Part shown: positions 26,068 through 36,365 of the stretch, in pieces | Position numbering within the stretch: the stretch's first letter is position 1 | How the letters are laid out: each line of letters begins with the position of its first letter | From: Vicugna vicugna | Lineage: Eukaryota | Length of the DNA: 64,000 nt | NCBI GenBank assembly: GCA_013265495.1 | Contig: MU058531.1 | Span: forward strand, 248,001 to 312,000 | Direction: 5' to 3' | Notes under the pieces: model-generated | What the model was told of the DNA's origin: nothing | The model's input: the letters and a program-made list of their open reading frames with translations, nothing else | Database searches by the model: none | Made by a program: the position numbers and the translations under genes

Positions 26068-27546
26068 TGAGGATAAGAGGACATTACTTAGTTCAGCCTT
26101 AATTTTATGCTATTACTATATTTATTTAAACCACAAATTTAATCTCCCTTACTCATTTTTTCCCACATATGTTATAAATAGCTTAAGTTTTAAAATCTAG
26201 TCTTTCTTTCACACACTGACATTAAATCTATGTCAAAACAAGCTCCTTTTCCAGGAATGAATAGAACCTGTCTTGGCGGGAACTTAAAATAATTTTTCAA
26301 AATATAGCAGACTTCTTTCTTCTTTTTGTTAAATATGCTTGTGTCCCACCTACACACATTAGGAAAAACTAAATTTTAGAAACTATGGAAAATTAAAAAA
26401 TATAACATTTGTCATAGCTGTAGATGAGGGTTCTAAAAAGACATCTATAATCATCTGTTTTTATTACCCCATTTACTTATGATACTAAATTTCTCTCATA
26501 TAAATCCATTTATGCCTGTAGTCCACACTAAGTCAATCAACAAATGTTAAGTGTCATACATTTTAAATACATGTTTTTTTTAATTCTACAATCTCTTGGA
26601 TATAAGTGGAAACTCATCTCAAATGAAACTCAAAAGGTAATTAATTTTTATGAATACTTGGGAAATCCAAGAATTTGTTCAGCTGTAGTTACAGCTGGAT
26701 CAAGGTGAGTGTTAAAAGCTATTGTCAAGGTTCTAGTATATCTCTGTGTGTGTGTATACACACACACACACACACACACATGGATTATATATATATTTAT
26801 ATCTATGTATTTATATGTGTATGTAGATATAATCTATATCATAAAAACATCTTAAAATAAAAATTTTATCATGTCAATAATATTCAAATATCCAAATGAA
26901 TGTTGTTCATATTTAAAGTAGTTTTCTAGGAGGCTAAAACACTTATTTAAATAACAGGACATTTCATTTTTATTTTTCTTTTGGATTTTACTTCTAGGTT
27001 AAAGTCATAGAAGGAAATCAGTCTGGTAATTTTATAATCATTGGACATTCTCTGCTCCCCATCTGATATACTTTTTCTTATGGACAGTTGTGTATTGCAT
27101 CTGCAATCCCTTGGGTATTTGGTCTTTCTCTAACCTTGTTTGCCATAGTGGGATGCAGAGGTTGCCTCATCCAGTGGGAGATGAAAATACCAAACTTTTG
27201 CTTTCCTAGACGCCCCTGCAGCAAGGGCATGGTCCCAGCTGGGGCATGGTCCAAGACAGTGACTCAAAGGCAAGAATCGTGACTCAAAGAGGTAGGGACT
27301 GGGAGCCTCCACTTGGATTCAGTTCCTAGGGCAACAGTGGCAGCAGGGTAGGGGTGGTATGCAGGGTGCCATGCTAGAGGGCATGGCAAGATGTAGTGTT
27401 TATCTTACAGAGCACCCCACCTCCGCACTGGGCGGAAGAAAAGAGGAGGAGCGCCATGGCGGGAGCAGGGCTCCAGAGAAACTCAGGTTTGGGCCCAGGT
27501 GGGTGAGCGTGGCCCCATTTCCGAGCAGCCCCTCCTCTGGTCCCCA

Positions 27547-28125
27547 TGAAGGAGGATTAATAAAATGGCCGCACTTAGGCTAACAGATTGCTTATTCTTA
27601 TGCTTGCCCTTAAAACCGTCAACTGACCTGACTGACCTGTTGCTACTCATAGTTCCAGGCCCATTGTTAAAAGTAAAGCTATTGATCTTACTGTTTCTAC
27701 TTTATTCCAGTAATTTAAAGTAATAATCAAGCTTGGTCTCTGGGTCCTTCTCCAAGGAGAAGGTCACAGGACTATAACCTTACAAAATAGCCTGAATTAC
27801 CAAGAAGACCACACCTTAAGTGCTTACAAGATAAAGAGATCTAACCGCTGGCCTCTATAGAATTGGTCGCCTGGAGGCATCATGTGGCCATTCTAAGTCT
27901 TCTGATGAGAAAATGATTCTGTTGTTTGTTATCAGTGCTTTATTGTTTGAGCTATAGCTATATAACCACCCCACCCCATCCCCAAGGTGGGCTCACAGTT
28001 TTGAAGGCACTAGCCTGCTGTGAGTCCCCTTTGCCTGGCAAAGCAATAAAATTGCCTCTTTTTCTTCTAAGCTCCAAGACCTTGTCTCTGGGTTATTTGG
28101 CTCGGCAGTGACAGGGCCGTCAACA
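27547..28125 (+). mobile_element. ERV1-type solo LTR inserted at the 3' end of the MARK2 retrocopy
   Basis: TG...CA termini, exact TSD CCCA (27543-27546 / 28126-28129), TATATAA (27959-27965) and AATAAA (28045-28050) on the plus strand. Confidence 0.9.
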
Positions 28126-30215
28126 CCCAGAGGGTGGTTTTGGAGGCAATGGTCCTGGAGGCCCTGGAAGTTCAGGCTGAGTTTCAATCCACCGCCCTCC
28201 CCTCCCACTAGTCCTGGTGGCCGGCACAGCAGGTCCTGCATGGGCAGCTGCTGGCATGAGCGCCCCACGTCTCCGTATCATCTCCTGTCCCTGCATCATC
28301 TCCTGTCACCGCATCACCTCCTCGGGCTCAACGGAGTTTGCGAGCTCATCCTTCACCTCAAGTGTAGTGAGCGCCACTCGGCTGCTGGAATTTACCCTTC
28401 ATTGTTTAATCACTGCCTCCGCTGCCCACCACAGGAGGATGCAGTGTCTCCCCTCTGTCTTTGATTTCAGGTTCATTTAGGTTCCTCTCACAAACCTCCA
28501 ACAAAAATTTCTTCCTGTAGAGTTGAACTTCCTGAAGGAGCCTCCAGTGGCCGCCTGCCGGCCGTGGCCATTGTCGCGGGGAGAGGCTGGGGTCTCACCT
28601 CAAGGCAGTCTCGGGTCAGGCACCTGTTGGCCGCCCCCTGTGGGTGGAGCCCCCTTCGGACAGACCCGGGCTCCACCCCCGCCGCCGGCATTGCAGGTAG
28701 ACGGGAGGGCACAGGGCCACGCGGGGTGGGGCTGTGCCGGGCTTGGGCTCCTCGCCGTGCTCTCCACGCCGCGGGGCCCCGAGGCCCGGTTGGGCTGCAC
28801 TTGGATTCCTGGTGCAGGCGGGCTGGGGAGCCCGTGGCAGAAGCTGAAGCCACGGCGGCCCTGGACCTCGCGGTCAGGCTGTCCTTGCGTCTCTGCTGGG
28901 AGGCCTGGTCGAGGCTGGTCCTTCCCCGACGACGTGGGGGATTCCTGCTCTGCTTTGTGCTGGCGGAGAGCTCGCTGTTGCCCGGGGGACAGGGGTGGTC
29001 TTCTTCCCACGCTTGCACGTTGGCTGTGCCATGACCCTCTGCACTGATCCTTCTCGGGATCTGCGTTCCTCCTGAGTGATCTTAGAGGAGCAGTTAGAGG
29101 TGGGAACCGCAGGCTGCTGAAAGTGTGCTGCTTGCAGTTGGCAGAGAGCCTGTGCTGTACCTGGGGGCAGGGAAGGAGCGGGGTTGTTGGTCAGAGCAGC
29201 TGAAGGCTGAGGCTTTGGGATGACCAGGTAGCTCTCCTCAGATCTCTGGTAACCCAGGAGCAGGTGCTGGAACATTGCCTCCTATGTCTGGCCTATCAGT
29301 GAGTCCCGATCTCTCTCTCCATGTGTAACCATGGACACCATGTATTCTGTCTGCCCAGGGTCCCTGTAGTCAAGAGAGTGGCTTCGTGTAGAGCTTGAGT
29401 TCTTCATACCATGATCCACAATAATCAGTGATCCTTCACAAATTGCTCTCTTGGTAGGACTGAGAATGAGACATTTCCTGAGCAGATTCTCACATTGACA
29501 AGAATAGAAGGTGTTATGTTCTGCTCAGAACCCACTCTCACAACTCCTTAAGTTTCCTTCCTTTAAAAAGCAGGAATCCATTGACCAGTGTAAACAGGAT
29601 AACTTTGTGTGGTTCTTCCCTGGAAGAGTTGTGGGCCAGCGTGAGGGCGACTGCCCCAGAAGGTATTCAGCTTGTTGTAAAAGGTGAGTTTGTCGCTGAA
29701 GCCAGAGTTTGCAATCTTGATGTTCAGGTTAGCATCCACGAGCAGCTTCTCTGCCCTTAAATCCCCATGGACAGTCCCCTCCTGGTGGCTATCTGCACAG
29801 CGCACACTGTCTGCTGGAATCTGCCTTCAGCCTGTTTGCTTTCCTGTTGCCATGAGCCATGAGGTACTCAAACGCCTCTCCTCCGCTAGTGTCCATCCTA
29901 ATGAGGCAGAGAGTTTCCTCAGCCGCCATCACTTCAAATATTCACTGTGCTGGGATGATCCAAGCCTTCGTGATTCCTGCTTTGCGGCATAGTCTCCGGA
30001 TGTTGGAATCTGCTGAGTCCCGTCAGTAATTTTCACAGCTATCGCTTTCCCGGTCGGGGTGTGCTGGCCAACTTCACTGTAGCCGAGTCACTCATGGTCT
30101 CGAAGGTCTGGAGGAGACCGTGTGAGTCTGTGTCTTTCCTCAGCTGAGACGGCTCAGAGGCTCCAAGCACGCTGGGCTTACTGCTGCGCTTGGAGTCAGG
30201 GTGTCCTAAGGTCAG
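28126..30215 (-). pseudogene. MARK2: processed pseudogene of the Ser/Thr kinase MARK2 (kinase, UBA, spacer and KA1 regions), heavily disabled
   Basis: Intronless and collinear with MARK2: TLGHPDSKRSSK (exon 2), VKLA.H..TGKAIAVKI, VHGDLRAEKLLVDANLNIKIANSGFS (HRD and DFG lost), [63 protein letters not shown]. Multiple frameshifts and stops; the internal ATG has become GTG (30168-30170). Probable 3' UTR continues at ~27420-27546 beyond the LTR. Confidence 0.93.
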
Positions 30216-30669
30216 CTTCCATTTGGGAAGAGCTGGTGAGGAGCTTGGTCCTAAAGAAAATCAGTTCAAAGTTCACCCATGCACTGGTCTTTGTAGCTGA
30301 ATCAAAACACAAAGCCAGACAAAAATAAACGACGTCAATACCAACAAACTAAATTTAAAAAGAAGAAACTAAGTAAAAGGAATAAAGAAAAACTGAGAAA
30401 AGTAGAGACAAAAGAATAAAGAAAAAAGATCAAGAAAAGAATAGAGAAAAAAGGGGGGAAATTAATAAGAAGCAAGACAGGGAACCCCCGGTGCCAAGAA
30501 AGAAAAAGCTAACTTTGGTCAAAGTCCCCCAGGTCACTGAAAAGCAGCTTTCTGAGCCAGAAGGCCTGATAACCTAGGCCCAGACAGGAGTTTATTTGGT
30601 TCTTGAAATTCCAAAAGAATGGCTCTGTATGAGGTCATAGGAAGAAATGGACTTACGGCTGGGATCATC

Positions 30670-30795
30670 CAGAGTGTCTCTCATTTTGGTCTCAAGAATC
30701 TTTTATTCTTTAAAAAAATATCGAGGACCCCAAAGAGCTTTTTGTTTATGTAGGTTACAGTGATCAATATTTACTTTGCTAGAAATGAAAACCTA
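30670..30795. mobile_element. hAT-Charlie-type DNA transposon end fragment
   Basis: TTTTGGTCTCAAG...GAGGACCCCAAAGAGCTTTTTGTTTATG resembles a Charlie-family terminus. Confidence 0.55.
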
Positions 30796-31246
30796 TAGGA
30801 TGCTTCAGTGGCCTTTTCGTAGTTGGAAAGCTGTCATAATTTTTGGCTTTTAAAGAGTTCATAATGTCTACACTTAAAATATTTAATCCCTTCCTTTTTT
30901 TAAAAACTCTGAATGATCTCAAAATGATGCCACAGCTTAAGTGGCATCATGATTTCTGATGCTGGGTAAGCTTGCATTCCAGCAGTCTGAGCTACAGCTC
31001 TGGTCCCAGCCAGCCCCAATGAGAAAACTTATGCAGAAATAGATAGCACATCATCATATATGCATACAAAGGGGACAGGTTTCTTTACCTCCCTGAGCTC
31101 CTGGAAAGGGCAGAGCTTAGTCTAAAGTCAGGTCTGAAATGACATTGTAAACACTTTTGCGTGGCGTATTAGAGTACTAGACTTGGTGTCCAGAGATCTG
31201 CTTTTAAATCCCTTCTTAACCATTTATTATCTTTTTGCCTTTGGCA

Positions 31247-31635
31247 TTTATATTTGTCTGCCAGGGATGTCAAACAGAAAACCAATGACTGGGTGGCTTA
31301 GACAACAGAAATTTATTTTTTCACAGTTCTGGAGGCGAGACGAGGGAAACATCAAGAAAGGTTTCTTGTGAGGCCTTTCTCCCTGGTTTGCAGATGGCTC
31401 CCTTCTCACTGTGTCTGCACATGACTTTTTCCTGTGAGTGCACACAGAAAGAGAGAGATCTCTGGTGGCTCTTCCTCTTCTTATAAAGGCACCAGTCCTG
31501 TAGGATTAGGGCCTCACCCTTATGATCTCCTTCAACTCTAATTACCTCCTTCAAGGCTCTGTCTCCAAATACAGTCAGATTGGTGGCTAAGAGTTCAACA
31601 TATGAATTTAGGGGGAATACCGTTTAGTCCATTAG
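31247..31635 (-). mobile_element. MaLR LTR (MLT1-like)
   Basis: GGGTGGCTTAGACAACAGAAATTTATTTT...CACAGTTCTGGAGG; TTCAACATATGAATTT. Confidence 0.85.
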
Positions 31636-32996
31636 AGAAATGTTGGTTAATTTTAGTTTGTATCTCATATGTATCTTGCCAGGTAAGTCTGAAGACCAAA
31701 TAAGGAGATGTCTGTAGTAGACACTCAGTACTTGATTTTTAAATGTGTATCCATTTATTTTTCAGATCTCTGCCATGCACTGGACTCTTGAGAGAGGAGA
31801 TGATGAAAGGAATTGAGAATTTATATGAGTAGATTGAGTAGATGACATATATGCTTGGTTTTCAGCATTTGTGAAGAACATGTGGGAGTTTTTGGAAAAA
31901 ACATTCATTTCTTGGATATATATGCATTCTTTTCACAATGAACACAAATGCTGAATAAGCCATGTTTAGTCATGACTGGTAGAACTGGACAACACCAGGT
32001 GATGTTAGAGAACTTCAGAATCTATGAAGTGCAAAACAAATGTATAGCATTATATATTTTGAAATATATTTATACACTGCATCTCTCCCCAAAAGGCTTT
32101 GAGGTAGTTGCCAAAAAACAAAACCAAAACCAACCCCCCCCCCAAATCATTTGGTTGTTTCAGTTTTCTGTGGCTTATTGACATCAGTCATGGAGAAGTG
32201 GGGACGGCATTTTGAGATATTTGTCATTTGTGTGACTGTGAGAATAAGCCACAGCCAATTAAAAGAGCTTTTAGGTTTCAGTTGGCCTGACACTTCCTGC
32301 AAATCCGACACACGTCACCTAGACTGTGTACATAACCAACTTCTCACCCTCTGCTTTCCAAGCAACATTTGCCACACAACTCAGCTAATTTTCACCACGT
32401 GAAAAACAAGGAATCGTCTGGTGATATAAAAATCCTAATTCTATTTGACAGAAAACACCAGCTATGTCCTTGCCATGAACCAAGGGTCAGTGCCTTCTGG
32501 CCAAAACCACCGGGAGCTCATCACGAGCTGTACCCACTGGGCTTGCTACTCACTGCAGCAAGGGAGCCAACACATCACGAGGAACTGAGGGGTTTCTCAG
32601 TAAGTGCGTGTTAGAAAAAAACTAGGATTTGGTTGTTTTAGGTAATTTGGTGAAGGGTTTAAGGAAGCAGGAGTTTGCTTTGGATTGGATGTCTGGGTTC
32701 ATTCTGCTAAAAGAAAAACAAAGCAAAGAGGAGAGAGGCCAGGTGGAGGGCTGACTTTGCGAGATGGTGAACACAATTACGGAAGCAAAGTGTATCTTGT
32801 CTGTTTGGGGCTGTTTGTCTGGGGTGGGTGGTTTGTGGAGTTAGTAGTGGTGAAAGAGGGCTGAGCAATCGGTGGGACTAGATTATGGAGGGCCTTGAAC
32901 ATAGAAAATGGGGAGCCACTGAAGATGTTTGGAGGGGGTGCCGAGAAATTGCAAGAAATATTAACAGAGACTCACAGCTCATCCTGATGTTCCTGA

Positions 32997-33256
32997 CAGG
33001 GCTTTCAAACTATTTTGACCATGTTACAGTAAGAAATACGTTTTACACTAAAACCCAGTACACACACACCTGAAACTTAGGTTTAACAAAACGCGACTCA
33101 GCCTTAACTGCATGAACTGCGCCCTGATTTCAACTCCATTCGACTGACTCTACCTCCCTCTACGCTGCTTCAGTCGGTTCTATTTCGTGCTGGGTTTTAG
33201 TCACTAAATTGATTTTTCTTCCTACTCAGGAATAACCTGAGGTTTGAAAAGTACTG
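32997..33256. mobile_element. non-autonomous hAT-Charlie DNA transposon
   Basis: Imperfect terminal inverted repeats CAGGGCTTTCAAAC ... GTTTGAAAAGTACTG. Confidence 0.6.
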
Positions 33257-33329
33257 TTTTAAGGAGATGAATCAGTGTGAGGGGAAATAGGAGTAGGAGG
33301 GCTGTTCATTGGGAACAATAATTGTTCAT

Positions 33330-33860
33330 TTACCAAAAAATTCATTCATTCCATCAAAAAGATGTGTTAAGTGTCTCCTACATGCCAGGCCTGAAGATGC
33401 AGGTTCCCAGACTCAGCAGTGTGCTTGAAGGAAGAGCTCACACTCAGTGGGGGCGACAGGTAGTCAATTCACATTGTTAAGTCTTTAATAGATATTTGAG
33501 AAAATGTTGCAGGATGATCTAAACTACCTGAGGAAAACAGGGAAGGGTTCACAGAGAAAAGGGCCTTTGAGGTGGTTCTTGAAGCCTGAGTTTGCCAAGG
33601 GGATGCGACTGGTGGAATGTATTGCCAAGGGGAACATGGTGGGACAATGACAAGGGGGCTTGAAGGCACAGAGTGTGATCTGGGTAGGGTTGCCATATTT
33701 TGTACATAAAAATAGAGTGCACCCAGTTAAATTTGAATTTCAGGCAAACAATAAATAATGTTTAGTATAAGTGTACCCCTTCCATCTGGGAGAGGCCAGG
33801 CATTCTGTGTGGCTGGAATGTAGGTGAATCTGGGGATGAATTGGGATTGTGTCGTGAAAC
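33330..33860 (-). mobile_element. L2 fragment with a MER53-like piece at ~33685-33775
   Basis: L2 end (TTCATTCATTCCATCAAAAA...CTACATGCCAGG) and TAGGGTTGCCA...CCAGTTAAATTTGAATTTCAG. Confidence 0.55.
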
Positions 33861-35444
33861 GTTACCAGGGAGGAAGACTCTCCCCTGTAGACTCAGGCTC
33901 ACACTGAAGGCTAATTTGAGGAATAATTATAGAATGCTTGAAAAGAAATTAAAAATAAACACAGAAAAATATGTAGCCCTTGAGTCTTCAGCTTATTAAC
34001 AATAAAGGTACATCCTAGTGTGCGGTGGAATGAGTATTAATTATTAATGATTATTAGTGGCATTTGAGTAATTCTTTCTCACGTTCTATCCTGCTGATTT
34101 TAATTATTTCCATGATGCCTTTTTCCTCCAGTTTAGTTGAGAGGAGGGAATGAATTCATTTTGACTTGTGTACTGATTTCTTATTATACTCTAGCCTGAA
34201 GTCACATTTAGGTTGGTAACAGTAATGGGATGAATAACACGTGTGTGATCAGCCAAGTGAGTCTTTGCTCTGTTTAAGCAATTTCCCAGATGTAACAGAT
34301 ACAGGTTGTCTCTCTTCCAATCTGTCTCCTCTACTCCCACACCCACTTGTGGTCTTCACCTACTCTTCATAATACCATAAGGATGGCCCCTGGCAGGCCA
34401 GGGGAGGCACCTGACCCCAGGTGGACCAGGCCGAGTTCAGCTTCTCTTGTCATAGTTGTACTTGTGACTGTAAACCTGGGAGCTCACAGTAGCCCTGTTT
34501 TTCTGCCATATGGACTGGAAAATCAGAAGAAGCCAGTCAATACTGGGAATTGGGGGTGGGGGTCCTGGGCAGCAATTCACTGAAGGAAGGATAGAGAATG
34601 TGAGCATTTGTGTTAAAGCAAAAGCATAGTAAAGTGAGAGAGTAAAGAATGAAGAGACACAGAAGGAGAGGAGAGAGGGAGAGAGAGACAGAGATAGGTA
34701 GGTAGGTAGATAGATAGGGTTGGTTGCATTCCCATCTTTGGGTTTTGTGAGGTGCCCTTTTCCCTTCTGATGTCTTTAGGTTTAAGATCACTACAGTGAT
34801 TCTGTTACTTGAAACAAGAGTATTAATCAGATCACTAAAGCTGTATTGAAAAACCGCTATAATAATTGTGGTTTAGTGGGGATTATGAAAGGGGTGTTTA
34901 TTCATTAGGTAGAAGCTGACTGGAGAACTCCATTCATGGCAAATAGGAAGAAGCATGGTTTTCATTAAACTGTGTGTGTGCACTGCAGCACCAACAAAAA
35001 CTACCCAGGCACATGGGTTTCTCTTTCCTATCTGGAACCTGTTCTGGATTTGTTCTAGGAAGAACCCATGAGTTTAATTTGAAGCCAGTTTATTTTGGTT
35101 GGTTGTAGAATTGTTTTGTGGTACTTAAAAAAAAATATATACACACCCACACACACACAAATTGGTGTTTCCCAAGGTGTGTTCTGTGTTCTATGAAGCT
35201 TCTAGTTTGGCCATGGAGTGAAGGAGGGCGGGCAGTTCCTGGTCAGGCCTGCTTGGGTTGGGGAAATCACTCGGCAATACCTTGCAGAGCCCTTCCTATG
35301 CTAATATGCTTTGTACATTTCTAAAAGGGAGAGAGCAGATGGACACAGCATTTCTTAAACTCCCTTGACCACAGAATGGAGTATTTCATTGTACTAGTAT
35401 CTCCCACGACACACTGTGGGATAAGATGGCTGAGCACATTCAAG

Positions 35445-35703
35445 TGTGTGTGGTTAGACCATGAGAATGAAGCCTTCATGAATAGGATTCGTGCTGATAA
35501 AAGAGGCTCCAAAAAGCTCCCTTGCCCCTTCTGCTGTTGTGAGGACAGTGAAAAGATGGTTGTCTCTGAACCAGGAAGCAGGCTGTCAGCAGACACCAGT
35601 CCTACTGTCGCCCAGATCATGGGACTCCCCAGCCTCTGGAGCAGTGAGAAATAATTGTTGTTTATAAGCCACCCCACCTGTGGTGTGTTGTTATAGCAGC
35701 TCA
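35445..35703 (+). mobile_element. MaLR LTR 3' part
   Basis: GAGGACAGTGAAAAGATGG...GAACCAGGAAGCAGGC...TTTATAAGCCACCC...TTGTTATAGCAGC. Confidence 0.8.
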
Positions 35704-35705
35704 TA

Positions 35706-36119
35706 GGACCTGGACGCCTTTGGGAGTCTGCGCCTGAGCTGGAGCCAGAGCTTCGGCCTTGGCCTTGGCCTTGGCTGGCAGAGTCTTGAGGCCCTTGGTG
35801 ATGCAGGCAGGAGCACGTTTCCCGAGCTTGGGGTGAACAACGTAGGCAAGTCAAGCTCAGTTGTCGCCCTGTGGGACCGTGGGCTTGACCCCCTTGGTCT
35901 TTACGAGAGCCTCGACAGCCTCAGCATGTGCACTCACGGCCTTGGTGTTGTTGGCCTGCATCTTCTTCAGGCCCTTCTTGTCCTGAGGCACATGTTCCTC
36001 AGGAACTTGGGGTCCACCCCCTTAAGAAATACATATCATTGTGATCCGGGTATTTTGATGCTGTTTCTGTGCCATTTTTGGGACTTGTTGTGCATGATGT
36101 GGTTCTTCAACTTGGCCCA
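35706..36119 (-). pseudogene. RPL29: processed pseudogene of ribosomal protein L29 (eL29)
   Basis: Minus-strand translation gives [41 protein letters not shown]...[27 protein letters not shown]...LAYVVHPKLGKRAPACITKGL...PKAKAKA. It is intronless, has lost its start codon and has an in-frame stop and frameshifts. Confidence 0.95.
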
Positions 36120-36159
36120 CAGTTCCTGAAGCACAGACATATGTATTCTTTAAAAAAAA

Positions 36160-36365
36160 TATTTTTAATTGAAGTGTAGTTGATTTATAACATTAGTTTC
36201 AGGTGTTCAGCAAAGTGATTCAGTTATATGTATACATATATATATATATATATTTTTTTCTTTTCAGATTCTTTTCCATTATGTTATTATAAGAAATTGA
36301 ACATAGTTCCCTGTGCTAGACAATAGGTTCTTGTTGTTTATCTATTTTATGTACAATAATGTGTC
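36160..36365 (-). mobile_element. short young L1 3' end (artiodactyl/camelid type)
   Basis: TTTTTAATTGAAGTGTAGTTGATTTATAACATTAGTTTCAGG...AAAGTGATTCAGTTATA. Similar to 51478-51592 and 61256-61543. Confidence 0.8.

Noticed and set aside
28488..29275. Overlapping long ORFs (133-176 aa) as novel genes
   Set aside because: They are frameshifted pieces or antisense shadows of the GC-rich MARK2 pseudogene, where stop codons are rare.
29563..29805. Functional kinase exon
   Set aside because: Catalytic motifs are destroyed (HRD to HGD, DFG to NSG), frameshifts flank it, and there are no introns.
35321..35854. 177-aa ORF
   Set aside because: It is a chance frame running across the RPL29 pseudogene tail and the MaLR LTR.
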